Shown here piece after piece: positions 36,101 to 47,900 of a stretch of 64,000 bases of DNA (the first letter of the stretch is position 1; every line of letters starts with the position of its first letter). Position numbers and translations under genes: made by a program. Under the pieces are notes generated by a model. It searched no databases. It saw nothing but the letters and a program-made list of their open reading frames with translations, and was not told where the DNA came from. Source of the stretch: Eledone cirrhosa (lineage: Eukaryota). The stretch lies in assembly GCA_964016885.1 (NCBI GenBank), contig OZ024741.1, forward strand, positions 222,580,001 to 222,644,000, written 5' to 3'.

Positions 36101-39100
36101 TTTGTGATCTGTGAGATCGACATATACAGACTTCATAGACAAGGGCCTGGTTACTGGAAGCTGAACGCGTCTTTCCCGGCGCGCAAGGCCTACAGAGACC
36201 AGATTAGTTAAGCGGGCGTTGACGGGAGCGGTCGTCAACAACAGGTGGTGGTTCGCCCTGAAAAGGGCAATTAAAGTAGAGTCGATTAGGTTTAGCAAAG
36301 GAGTAGTGATAGAGGAAAATAGAGTAGAGGGAGAGCTAGTCAGAAAGCTAGAAGAGGCGTTTAGGACAGGCATCGCAACCGACGTGCTTGCGGCGAGATT
36401 AGCACTCGACCAATTCTTCAATGCAAAACACGAAGGCTGCGTTGTCAGGGCTAAAGCGCGTGCTCTGAAACACGAGGGGACAAAAGCCGTCCAATGGGCC
36501 CGGGTGGCAGAGGCGCGACGTGGCAATAAAGCCACAATTCGGTCTTTGTCTGACCAAAACGGGTGCGTGATGCTCGAATCCGAGCGGATGTGTGAAGCTT
36601 TTCAGCAGCACTTTGCTGAACTGTTCGGGAGCAGCGGCGGCCCGGATCGGGACATGGACTTCAGTGCATACCTCGACGGACTGCCTCGTCTCTCGACGAC
36701 CGCAGCACAGTGTTGCGAAAAGCCGATAACAGCCGGTGAAATACGGGAAGCGATGGCTAACTGCACAAGAGGTAAATCGCCAGGTTTAGATGGTCTGCCC
36801 TACGAGCTTTATGCATTTATGCCAGACTTGTTCGGCGACCTCTTGGCATATGTCTACTGCAACTGGCAGCAGAACGGGAGCATTCCCAGATTTGTGAGCC
36901 GGGGAGCAGTAGCGCTGCTGAGAAAAGACCCGAACAAGGGGGATGTTATTGATAATTTCAGGCCCATAACCCTGCTAAACGCAGAGTTCAAGATTTTGGC
37001 CAAGGTGTTAGCAACGAGGTTGGCGCTTGTCGTCAAGGGTCTGGTGGGAGAGGCGCAGACATGCGCCATCCCGGACAGATCCATACACGACAACCTCCAC
37101 CTCATGCGATACATCATAGAGAGGGTGGTTAAGGAACCTGGCAAGGGTGGGGCCCTGATCAACTTGGATCAATCCAAAGCATTCGATAGGGTCGACCATC
37201 GGTACCTGGCGGCGGTCCTCGAGGCAGCCGGTTTCGGTCCCGTTTTCAGGCGTTGGATCGCAGCAATGTACAGCGACATCTGCTCGATTGTGAGGGTCAA
37301 TGGTCACCTGTCGCAGCCGTTCAGCATCATGCGCTCAGTCCGCCAGGGTTGTCCCCTCTCGCCCCTCTTGTACGTATTGGCTCTCGAGCCGTTACTGCAC
37401 AAACTGGGCACGATGAGGGGCGTCCCACGCGAAATAGGATGCGGGAAATCCGAGTCGGCTTACGCTGACGACGTCACCGTGGTGGTGTCGAGCCCTAAAC
37501 ACGTCCAGATGCTCGGCACCGCTCTCAAGGAATACGAAGCGGTGACAGGAGCAAAGATAAACCAGGAAAAGTCGGTGGGCTTGCAGCTAGGCACCTGGAG
37601 AGGCAATTCCATGCCGTCCGACAGCGTCGTGGGGCGTTGGACGGACGGACCGGTTAAATTGCTCGGGGTCTGGTTCGGACCGGACCTCCAGATGGAGAAA
37701 AACTGGAACGAGGTGACGAGCAGGGTGGCCTCCCTCACCCAGAAATGGGCTGAGAGGAAACTGTCCCTGAAAGTCCGGGCAGAAGTGGCGAATGCGTACA
37801 TCGCATCCGTCATCTGCTATCGCCTCACCGTCGTCCCTTGCTCCAGCCCAACTCTCACCAAAATGGAGCGCCTCCTCTTCCGCTTTTTGTGGAAGGGACG
37901 CGCTCCCATAGTCAGACGATCCATCTGCTGTCAACACCCGTTGCGTGGAGGACTGGGCATGCCATGGCTGATGATGCGCAAACATGCGCTGAGGCTGCGA
38001 CATCTCTGGTGCTTCCTTGAGGGTGAACGGGTGAGGTCGCCGTTCGCCAGGCACATTTTCCCACAGCTCGTCTCCTTGACGGAGCTGCAGTCCTGAGTCA
38101 GAAAAAGACCGAGGGATAGCGCTTGGAAACTGGAATGTCTCCAGGCGCTCACTGCCCTATCCCAGTTGGGCACCAGTATCGGTGGAACATCCACCTCGGC
38201 GTTCTATAGAGGACTAGTGGAGGGGAAGAGCGATGACGTTCTCGGAGAGATCCTGGGCGTCGAAGAAGATCAGCTGCTTACTCGCTTCCGGAGAACTTTC
38301 AGCCCGGGGCCTATGGATAACTTCCAAAAATCCTTGGCCTGGCAGTGCTACCGGGGAGCGCTGCAGGTTCGAGATAAGCTCTACAGGCACGGAAGTGCCG
38401 TCAGCCGAGCCTGTCCGAGATGCACGCATAGCGACGAAACCGTTGTGCACGCACTCGTTCAGTGCCCGAGCATTGCTGACTTGTGGAGCTATGTCGAACA
38501 GTTGCTGTCACGTGTGGGACTGATCCGGTTGTCGACTGAGTCCATTGTGCAGATGGTCTCGCCGTCTTCCTTTGAGGAGGAAGGGCAGGCGGTTTTCATC
38601 TGCCTGGTGGCCATGGCGAAAGAGATTGTGTGGTGGACAAGGTTAAAAGGATTAAAGACAAACACTTTCCTCTTCGGCGAATCCCTGATTAACTTTTTCA
38701 AGTTTCACTTGAAGAGGAAAATCAGGGTTGAGAGGCAAGTGCTGCTTTCTAGCAAGTTTGTTGAAAGGTGGGTGAATGTAGCGAGAATGGTCCGAGTGAA
38801 AGGGACCACTCTGAATATACGTCTGTAGTTTGAGAGATGGAAAAATTGAGAGAGGGCGCTTGCCCTGGTAGTCAGCGTGGCCGTGGTCTTTTGTGTGGTT
38901 TTCGCCACGAGTAACCCTCGGAGGTTTCCCCCCTATTGGGGAATTTTTCATTGTTTCAATTTTCATTTTATTGTTTATATATATATATATGTTTTATGTC
39001 TTTTTCTTTTCTTATATAAATAATAAAAATATTTACACGCACAAAACCCACATCGTACCGTCCTGTTCCGTCTGTGATGTTTTTCTTGACGTCAGCCCTT

Positions 39101-39116
39101 GTGGCCAATAAAGAAA

Positions 39117-39118
<2 letters not shown>
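33138..39118 (+). mobile_element. Tx1-like retrotransposon, full-length but decayed copy 2
   Basis: ORF1 remnant ~33353-35385 (CYLCGSKGHLRAFC), ORF2 remnant, 3' end CCCTTGTGGCCAATAAAGAAATC. Confidence 0.95.
35418..38828 (+). pseudogene. Tx1 copy 2 ORF2 with frameshifts (~35640, ~36205) and a stop (38094-38096)
   Basis: Pieces 35418-35711, 35648-36211, 36219-38096 and 38166-38828 are collinear with the copy 1 ORF2. Confidence 0.92.

Positions 39119-39166
<48 letters not shown>
39119..39166 (+). repeat. (ATT)16 spacer between Tx1 copies 2 and 3
   Basis: Pure ATT tract. Confidence 0.95.
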
Positions 39167-39381
39167 GAATGCTATGGTTGACTGAGGCTCGGCTCTGTAA
39201 GGTATTGTACATTTTGACCGCTATAACAATTGTAAATTGTTTAAAACTTTTACCAACTTGTAGACCAAAACACCCTCCTCCTCGTGAGAGGGGTCTTTCT
39301 GCCCGTTATTTGGCCCTTCGGGGTTAAATAACTGCTTATTGGGGTTTTGTGCCCAATATTTATTTTAAACAAAAAAACAAC

Positions 39382-41454
39382 ATGGCTACGAAAAAGAATT
39401 TTCATAGGTCACTCCCACTCATTCCGTCTTCTTCTTCCTCAATCATCACTACAGCAGAGAGAAGATTGTCTCTCTCCCTCCCTTTTCTTTCGCAAGCGAC
39501 GACAGAAAAGAAAAGTCTCGTGCAAAGCGTGCAAGATTTCTCCACGACGACGAAACAGGTGTGCGGGAAATACGAAAACCCATTTCATTCGTCTGACGTC
39601 AGGAATAATAGCAGTAGCAGCCGTAATAACAACAGCAACAGTGACAATGAAAACAACAGTAGCAGCCGCAACAGCATCAGCAGCAGCATAAACAACAACA
39701 GCATTAGCAGCAGCAACACCAACAACAACCACAGCAACAGCGGCGGAGGCAGTAGTCGTAGTACCTGCAGCAACAACAAAAGTAACAGCAGCTCTGACGA
39801 CAACAACAACAACAGCAGCAAAGAAAAACCAATCTCGTTTGCAGGTATCGCGAAGAACCTGGAAACAATCCTCATAACAAATGAGGAATTAGAGGAAGCA
39901 AAGAAGATGGTGACAAAGACTGGACACCGAGCAATCTGCAAGGCAGCGGAAAAATTTTTCGAAACCCAACAGCACTGTACGGTCACGTACCGTACAGTAA
40001 GTACAAAATCCCGTAGGGTTGAAAGAGCCACAGAGGCTCAAATACAAAAAGCATTGGGGTCTGTGTGGCAGCGGAAAACGCACATCACCCGAGGCAAAAA
40101 ATATGCCACCGTAGACGTACTTTTTGCCACACCCCAGGAGGCAAAGGCTCAATCCGTAGTGACCCTAAGGAGCGAGGAAATGGTGTTGGTGCCCTCCTAC
40201 TGCGGGCAAAAAATTGTGAGGGTCAAACTGACCCACGTCCCCCCCCCCCCCTCCGGGATGGCCCCTTCTTGGCTGGCCGCGTCTGTCCTCGTCGGAATCG
40301 AGGACAAAACAACTGTACTGCAAGTCCAGAAAAAAGTAAGAGAAGATTGGGTCGGCACCTCCATTGAAATGTTAAACCAAACCAACCAGGAGTGCATCGA
40401 AGCTATCCCGGATGTGATAGACTTAGATAACGGCACTCAACTGCCCATAAGTGTTGAAGGAAAACGCCCGAAATGCTTTCGCTGTGGATCGAAGACTCAC
40501 CTCAGGGCCTTCTGCAACGAGAAGACCCTGAGAAAGGAGAAAACCCCCCTCCTTCCGAAACCGGCTTCACGGCTACCAGCAACAGGACAAGCGGCAACCA
40601 GGAACGATAGGTCCGTGGCACCCATACCCACGCCACGGAAATCAAAAACAGCAGCAGCAGTGGAAATATTAACAACAACAACAGCAATACCAAATGAAGC
40701 TGCAACAGAGACTCCAGTGCAAACATCACCAACAACAACAAGTGAAAGAGTGGAGCTGGTACCCCTCCCCGACCTCACAGAATCAGACATGGAGTGTGAG
40801 GTGGGAGAGGGATGGCAAAAGGTCGTAAGAAGGCACAAACGCAGAAGCAGCGCATCGTCGCCTTTGAAAAGGGAGGAAAGAAATGAGAAAAGGGTAAAGT
40901 CTACTGCAAAGAGACCCACAGCAGCAACACCACCAACACCATCACCACCCACACTAGCACCACCATCACCACCGGCGACAACCCCACCGCCAACAACACC
41001 TTCAACACCACCACCACAAGCACCAACATCGCAAACACAACAACAAAACACACACACCCAGCAACAACGACAAGAAAATAGCAGAACCACACCCCACCCC
41101 CAGAAAAACAAATGCACGGCAATAAATACACACAACAAGAAACTAATGACTTACATAATTGAACACACAGACATTTCACAACACGACTACATAATACCAG
41201 CAACAATCAAAACGCCAACTAACATAAGACTGCTAAAAATAGCACAGAAACAATACACAAACATTAAAACGAAATTCCCCAACGCAGTTGGTGATTTCAG
41301 GGACCTAGGAGGAACTATCAATCGAAGAGTATATTCAGACATTCTCATAGAAGAGCCGACGACCAGCCGAAGGGACGATTCAACGGTCCCTTCACCAGAC
41401 GATCAAGTGAAAAGGGATGTAAAAACCATCCCTCCTCTACGAAAAGTACGGTAA
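39382..41454 (+). CDS. Tx1 copy 3 ORF1 (N/S-rich N-terminus, CCHC knuckle, P/T-rich tail)
   Basis: Uninterrupted ORF from ATG 39382; CFRCGSKTHLRAFC; homologous to the other ORF1s. Confidence 0.92.
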   Translation: MATKKNFHRSLPLIPSSSSSIITTAERRLSLSLPFLSQATTEKKSLVQSVQDFSTTTKQVCGKYENPFHSSDVRNNSSSSRNNNSNSDNENNSSSRNSISSSINNNSISSSNTNNNHSNSGGGSSRSTCSNNKSNSSSDDNNNNSSKEKPISFAGIAKNLETILITNEELEEAKKMVTKTGHRAICKAAEKFFETQQHCTVTYRTVSTKSRRVERATEAQIQKALGSVWQRKTHITRGKKYATVDVLFATPQEAKAQSVVTLRSEEMVLVPSYCGQKIVRVKLTHVPPPPSGMAPSWLAASVLVGIEDKTTVLQVQKKVREDWVGTSIEMLNQTNQECIEAIPDVIDLDNGTQLPISVEGKRPKCFRCGSKTHLRAFCNEKTLRKEKTPLLPKPASRLPATGQAATRNDRSVAPIPTPRKSKTAAAVEILTTTTAIPNEAATETPVQTSPTTTSERVELVPLPDLTESDMECEVGEGWQKVVRRHKRRSSASSPLKREERNEKRVKSTAKRPTAATPPTPSPPTLAPPSPPATTPPPTTPSTPPPQAPTSQTQQQNTHTQQQRQENSRTTPHPQKNKCTAINTHNKKLMTYIIEHTDISQHDYIIPATIKTPTNIRLLKIAQKQYTNIKTKFPNAVGDFRDLGGTINRRVYSDILIEEPTTSRRDDSTVPSPDDQVKRDVKTIPPLRKVR

Positions 41455-41489
41455 GTGATCTTTCCCATCTTTTCCACTCTATTTTAAAC

Positions 41490-44400
41490 ATCACCTCACT
41501 CAGAATAGGCAGCATAAATGCGCGTGACTTGAGGTCGTCATGGAAGCAGAGTCACCTGCTCAACGACCTCAGGTCACTAAACATAGATGTAGTGGCCATC
41601 AGCGAGACCAGAATCTCCGAAGCACGGGCCTTCGCACCGATCTTCGGCGGCTACGATGTGTACGCATCTCCCAGCCGTCCTGGATCGGGGGGAGGAGTTG
41701 CTGTGCTTTTTCGGAGAGGTTTGGATCTCGCCATACGGGCCATCTTCCTGGACCCAGAGGGTAAGCTGGTGGTGCTGGACGTGACCAGCGGAGACGGGCA
41801 AGCTTTCAGGCTAGTGGCCGTCTATGCCCCGACAGGAGCAGGGCGGCCTGATTTCTTCCGGCGTCTGGAGACCTTTCTTGGAACGTCCCGCTCTTTAGTG
41901 TTAGTGGGCGACTGGAACAGGATCTTAGATGCACGCTGGGACTGTGTGGGATTAGCGGATAGGGGTGGAGGGTGCAAGAGCCTCACCAACCTGCTCAGGC
42001 GTTTTGAACTGTCTGACAGGTACCGATTGGATTTCCCGAATGTGCCAATGTGGACTTGGACAAATCGCATAGGGTCATCCAGATCATATCTAGATAGAGT
42101 ATTTTGTAGGGAAATAGATAGGTCTAGCATAGGCTGTCCACAATTCAAGATAGTCAGCTACACGGACCACAAATTCGTGATCTGTGTGCTTGACTTAGAT
42201 AGGCTTCATAGACGAGGACCCGCCTACTGGAAGCTAAACGCGTCCTTACCAGCGCGCAAGGCCTACAGAGACCGGATTAGCGAACTAGTTAAGCGGGCGT
42301 TGACGGGGGCCATCGTCAACAACAAGTGGTGGTTTGCTCTGAAAAGAGCGATTAGAATAGAATCCATTAGGTTTAGTAAGGCTTTAGCAATAGAGAAAAA
42401 TAGAGCAGAGGGAGAACTAGTTAGAAAATTAGACGAGGCGCTTAGCAAAGGCATTGCGACCGACGTGCTTGCGGCGAAATTGACCCTTGACCAATTCTTC
42501 AATGCAAAGCACGAAGGCTGCGTTGTCAGAGCAAAGGTGCGTGCTCTCAGACACGAGGGGACGAAAGCCGTTCAATGGGCCCGAGTGGCGGAGGCGCGTC
42601 GTGGCAACAAAGCCACGATCCGGTCTTTGGTGGACCACGACGGGCGCATGCTACTCGATCCCGGGCAAATGTGTGAAGCTTTTCAGCGACACTTTGCTCA
42701 GCTGTTCGGGGGCAGCGGTCGGCCGGGTCGAGGGATGGACTTTAGTGTCTACCTCGACGGACTGCCGCAGCTCTCGGCCACTGAGGCGAAGTGTTGCGAA
42801 AAGCCGATAACAGCCGCTGAAGTAAGGGAGGCAATGACTGGCTGCACAAGGGGTAAATCGCCTGGTTTGGATGGCCTGCCCTATGAACTTTACGTACAGA
42901 TGCCAGACTTGTTCGGAGGCCTCTTGGCGGACGTCTACTGCAACTGGCAACAGAACGGCAGAATTCCCAGTTCTGTGAGCCGAGGAGCGGTGGCACTGCT
43001 GAGAAAGGATCCGAACAAGGGGGATAACATAGATAATTTTAGGCCCATAACTCTGCTAAACACAGAGTTCAAGATTTTGGCCAAGGTGCTAGCAAAGAGG
43101 TTGGCGCTTGTCGTTGGTGGTCTGGTGGGAGAGGCGCTGACATGCGCCATTCCCGACAGATCCATCCACGACAACCTCCACCTCATGCGATACATCGTAG
43201 AGAGGGTAGCTAGGGAACCTGGCACGGGTGGGTCCTTGATCAACTTAGATCAGTCGAAAGCTTTCGATAGGGTCGACCATCGTTACCTAGCGGCAGTCCT
43301 GAGGGCGGCTGGCTTTGGGCCCGTCTTCAGAGGCTGGATCGCTGCCATGCACAGCGACATCTGCTCTGTGGTGAGAGTGAACGATCACCTGTCGGAACCG
43401 TTCAACATCATGCGCTCGGTCCGCCAAGGATGTCCCCTCTCGTCCCTCTTGTACGTATTGACTCTTGAGCCATTACTGCACAAACTGGAGACGTTGAGGG
43501 GCATCCCGCGCGAACTAGGATGCGGAAGATCCGTGTCAGCATATGCGGACGATGTCACCGTAGTGGTGTCGAACGCCAAACACATCGAGGCGATCGGCAC
43601 TACACCAAGAGAATACGAAGCGGTGACAGGAGCAATGATCAACCAGCAAAAGTCAGTGGGCCTGCAGCTCGGCACCTGGAGAGGCAGGTCCATGCCGTCC
43701 AACAGCGTCGTCGGAAGCTGGACGGACGGACCGGTTAAATTGCTAGGGGTGTGGTTCGGTCCGGACCTCCAGACGGACAAAAACTGGGACGAGGTGACGA
43801 GCAGGGTGGCTTCTCTCACCCAGAAATGGGCGGAGAGGAAGCTATCCCTGAAAGGTCGAGCGGAGGTGGCTAACGCGTACATCGCGTCCGTCATCTGCTA
43901 CCGCCTGACCGTCGTACCTTGTCCTAAGCCTCGCCTGACTGCGCTGGAGCGTTTGCTCTTTCGCTTTTTGTGGAAGGGACGCGCTCCGATGGTCAGGCGG
44001 TCAATCTGTTGTCAACACCCGCTACGTGGAGGGCTGGGAATGCTGTGGCTGATGATGCGCAGGCACGCGCTCAGGCTACGACATCTCCACCTCTTCCTCG
44101 ACGGTGATCAGGTGTGGTCGCCGTTTGCTAGACACGTATTTCCCCAGCTCGTTTCCTTGACGGAGCTGCAGTCCTGGGTCAAGCGAAGACCGAGTGGGAG
44201 CGCCTGGAGACTGGAATGTCTTCAGGCGCTCACAGCCCTCGACCAATCGGGCAATGTGATCGGTGAAAACTCCACCTCGGCGTTCTATAGAGGATTAGTG
44301 GAGGGGAAGAGAGACGACGTACTTGGGGAAACTCTAGGCGTCGACGAAAATCAACTAGCCAATCTGTTTGGAAGAACTTTCGGGCCGGGGCCTATGGACA

Positions 44401-44906
44401 ACTTCCAGAAATCTCTGGCCTGGCAGTGCTACCGAGGAGCCTTGCCAGTTCGGGATAAACTCTACAGGCATGGAGGTGCCGTCAGCCGGGCATGTTCGAG
44501 ATGCGCGCAGGGCAACGAAACCGTCCTGCACGCACTCGTCCAGTGTCCGAAAATTGCTGACTTGTGGGTTTATGTCGAACACCTGCTGTCGCGTTTAGGA
44601 CGGATCCGGCTATCATCTGAGTCCATCGTGAGGATTTCCCCGCCCTCCTCCTTTAGCCGGGAAGGGCAGGCAATTTTTATCTGTCTGGTGGCCATGGCGA
44701 AAGAGATAGTATGGTGGACACGTTTGAAAGGGCTGAAGACGAGCACTTACCTCTTCTGTGATGCTCTGATTGACTTTTTCAAATTTCATTTGAAAAGGAA
44801 AATCAGAGTAGAGAGGGAAGTGCTCTCTTCCCAGCATTTTGTTGAAAGATGGGTGAGAGAAGCAAGAATGGCCCGAGTGAATGGGCCTATGAGTATATAT
44901 CTGTAG
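41490..44906 (+). CDS. Tx1 copy 3 ORF2 (APE-RT-CCHC), open but start codon reads ATC
   Basis: Nearly identical to the copy 1 ORF2; AACATCACCTCA at 41487-41498 versus AACATGACCTCA in copy 1. Confidence 0.9.
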   Translation: MTSLRIGSINARDLRSSWKQSHLLNDLRSLNIDVVAISETRISEARAFAPIFGGYDVYASPSRPGSGGGVAVLFRRGLDLAIRAIFLDPEGKLVVLDVTSGDGQAFRLVAVYAPTGAGRPDFFRRLETFLGTSRSLVLVGDWNRILDARWDCVGLADRGGGCKSLTNLLRRFELSDRYRLDFPNVPMWTWTNRIGSSRSYLDRVFCREIDRSSIGCPQFKIVSYTDHKFVICVLDLDRLHRRGPAYWKLNASLPARKAYRDRISELVKRALTGAIVNNKWWFALKRAIRIESIRFSKALAIEKNRAEGELVRKLDEALSKGIATDVLAAKLTLDQFFNAKHEGCVVRAKVRALRHEGTKAVQWARVAEARRGNKATIRSLVDHDGRMLLDPGQMCEAFQRHFAQLFGGSGRPGRGMDFSVYLDGLPQLSATEAKCCEKPITAAEVREAMTGCTRGKSPGLDGLPYELYVQMPDLFGGLLADVYCNWQQNGRIPSSVSRGAVALLRKDPNKGDNIDNFRPITLLNTEFKILAKVLAKRLALVVGGLVGEALTCAIPDRSIHDNLHLMRYIVERVAREPGTGGSLINLDQSKAFDRVDHRYLAAVLRAAGFGPVFRGWIAAMHSDICSVVRVNDHLSEPFNIMRSVRQGCPLSSLLYVLTLEPLLHKLETLRGIPRELGCGRSVSAYADDVTVVVSNAKHIEAIGTTPREYEAVTGAMINQQKSVGLQLGTWRGRSMPSNSVVGSWTDGPVKLLGVWFGPDLQTDKNWDEVTSRVASLTQKWAERKLSLKGRAEVANAYIASVICYRLTVVPCPKPRLTALERLLFRFLWKGRAPMVRRSICCQHPLRGGLGMLWLMMRRHALRLRHLHLFLDGDQVWSPFARHVFPQLVSLTELQSWVKRRPSGSAWRLECLQALTALDQSGNVIGENSTSAFYRGLVEGKRDDVLGETLGVDENQLANLFGRTFGPGPMDNFQKSLAWQCYRGALPVRDKLYRHGGAVSRACSRCAQGNETVLHALVQCPKIADLWVYVEHLLSRLGRIRLSSESIVRISPPSSFSREGQAIFICLVAMAKEIVWWTRLKGLKTSTYLFCDALIDFFKFHLKRKIRVEREVLSSQHFVERWVREARMARVNGPMSIYL

Positions 44907-47900
44907 ATTAAAGGTGGAAAACTGGGAGAGGGCACTTGCCTTGGTGGTCAGGGTCATTGTGGCCTTTTACTGGGCTTTCTCCACAAATGTCCCTCCGAAG
45001 TCTCCCCCCTATTGGGGAATTTTTCCTTGTTATTTTTTTGTTACATCCTCTGTTTTTGTTTTTTACACGCAGAAATGCCCATTTGTACCGTCCTGTATTG
45101 TCCTGTACTGTCCTTAATGTCAACACTATGTAAACCCTTGTGGTTAATAAAGAAAACATTGTTGGTGGTATTATTGGTGGTATTATTGTTGGCGTTATTA
45201 TTGGTGGTATTATTGGTGGTAATATTGGTGGTATTGTTGGTGGTATTATTGGTGGTATTGTTGGTGGTATTGTTGATGGTATTGTTGGTGGTATTATTGG
45301 TGGTATTATTGGTGGTATTGTTGGTGGTATTGTTGGTGGTATTGTTGGTGGTATTGTTGGTGGTATTATTGGTAGTATTATTGGTGGTATTGTTGGTGGT
45401 ATTGTTGGTGGTATTGTTGGTGGTATTATTGGTGGTATTATTGGTGGTATTATTGGTGGTATTGTTGGTAGTATTATTGGTGGTATGGGTGGTGGTATTA
45501 TTGTTGGTATTATTGGTGGTATTATTGGTGGTATTATTGGTGGTATTGTTAGTGGTATTATTGGTGGTAATATTGTTGGTATTATTGGTGGTATTATTGG
45601 TGGTATTATTGGTGGTATTATTGGTGGTATTATTGGTGGTATTATTGGTGGTAATATTGGTGGTATTATTGGTGGTATTATTGGTTGTATTGTTAGTGGT
45701 ATTATTGGTGGTAATATTGGTGGTATTATTGGTGGTATTTTTGGTGGTATTATTGGTGGTATTGTTGGTGGTATTATTGGTGGTATGATTGGTGGTATGA
45801 TTGGTGGTATTATTGGTGGTATTGTTGGTGGTATTATTGGTGGTATTATTGGTGGTAATATTGGTGGTAATATTGGTGGTATTATTGGTGGTATTATTGG
45901 TGGTATTATTGGTGGTATTATTGGTGGTATTGTTGGTGGTAATGTTGGTGGTTTTGTTGGTGGTATTGTTGGTAGAATTTTTGGTGGTATTGTTGGTGGT
46001 ATTGTTGGTGGTATTATTGGTGATATTATTGGTGGTATTATTGGTGGTATTGTTGGTGGTATTGTTGGTGGTATTATTGGTGGTATTATTGGGGTATTAT
46101 TGGTGGTATTATTGGTGGTATTATTGTTGGTATTATTGTTGGTGGTATTGTTGGTGGTATTGTTGGTAGTATTATTGGTGGTATTATTGGTGGTATTGTT
46201 GGTGGTAATATTGGTGGTATTATTGGTGGTATTATTGGGGTATTATTGGTGGTATTATTGTTGGTGGTATTGTTGGTGGTATTGTTGGTAGTATTATTGG
46301 TGGTATTATTGTTGGTATTATTGGTGGTATTGTTAGTGGTATTATTGGTGGTAATATTGGTGGTATTATTGGTGGTATTATTGGTGGTAATATTGGTGGT
46401 ATTATTGGTGGTATTATTGGTGGTATTATTGGTGGTATTATTGGTGGTATTGTTAGTGGTATTATTGGTGGTAATATTGGTGGTATTATTGGTGGTATTA
46501 TTGGTGGTAATATTGGTGGTATTATTGGTGGTATTATTGGTGGTATTATTGGTGGTATTATTGGTGGTATTGTTGGTAGTATTATTGGTGGTATGGGTGG
46601 TGGTATTATTGTTGGTATTATTGGTAGTATTATAGGTGGTATTGTTAGTGGTATTATTGGTGGTAATATTGGTGGTATTGTTAGTGGTATTATTGGTGGT
46701 ATTATTGGTGGTAATATTGGTGGTAATATTGGTGGTATTATTGGTGGTATTATTGGTGGTATTATTGGTGGTATTATTGGTGGTATTATTGGTGGTATTA
46801 TTGGTGGTATTATTGGTGGTATTATTGGTGGTATTATTGGTTGTATTGTTAGTGGTATTATTGGTGGTAATATTGGTGGTATTATAGGTGGTATTATTGG
46901 TGGTATTGTTAGTGGTATTATTGGTGGTATTGTTGGTGGTATTATTGGTGGTATTATTGGTGGTAATATTGGTGGTAATATTGGTGGTATTATTGGTGGT
47001 ATTATTGGTGGTATTATTGGTGGTATTATTGGTGGTATTATTGGTGGTATTATTGGTGGTATTATTGGTTGTATTGTTAGTGGTATTATTGGTGGTAATA
47101 TTGGTGGTATTATTGGTGGTATTATTGGTGGTATTATTGGTGGTATTATTGGTGGTATTATTGGTGGTATTATTGGTGGTATTATTGGTGGTATTATTGG
47201 TGGTATTATTGGTGGTATTGTTGGTGGTATTATTGGTGGTATGATTGGTGGTATTATTGGTGGTATTATTGGTGGTATTGTTGGTGGTATTATTGGTGGT
47301 ATTATTGGTGGTAATATTGGTGGTAATATTGGTGGTATTATTGGTGGTATTATTGGTGGTATTATTGGTGGTATTATTGGTGGTAATATTGGTGGTATTA
47401 TTGGTGGTATTATTGGTGGTATTATTGGTGGTATTATTGGTGATATTATTGTTGGGGGTATTGTTGGTGGTATTATTGGTGGTATTATTGGTGGCATTAT
47501 TGGTGGTATTATTGGTGGTAATATTGGTGGTATTATTGGTGGTATTATTGGTGGTATTATTGGTGGTATTATTGGTGATATTATTGTTGGGGGTATTGTT
47601 GGTGGTATTATTGGTGGTATTATTGGTGGTAATATTGGTGGTATTATTGGTGGTATTATTGGTAGTATTATTGGTGGTAATATTGGTTGTAATATTGGTG
47701 GTAATATTGGTGGTATTATTGGTGGTATTATTGGTGGTATCATTGGTGGTATTATCGGTGGTATTATTGGTGGTAATATGGGTGGTATTATTGGTGGTAT
47801 TATTGGTGGTATTATTGGTGGTAATATTGGTGGTAATATTGGTGGTATTATTGGTGGTATTATTGGTGGTATTATTGGTGGTAATATTGGTGGTATTATT

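Larger units (their letters stand above)
39167..45157 (+). mobile_element. Tx1-like retrotransposon, full-length copy 3
   Basis: Both ORFs open; 3' end CCCTTGTGGTTAATAAAGAAAAC followed directly by ATTGTTGGTGGT satellite. Confidence 0.96.

Noticed and set aside
29520-44957. Antisense and alternative-frame ORFs repeated in each Tx1 copy
   Set aside because: Shadows of the conserved GC-rich ORF2; their recurrence follows from copy similarity
27227-45157. Array explained as simple tandem duplication or assembly artefact
   Set aside because: The three copies have different 5' UTRs and ORF1 N-termini and independent lesions
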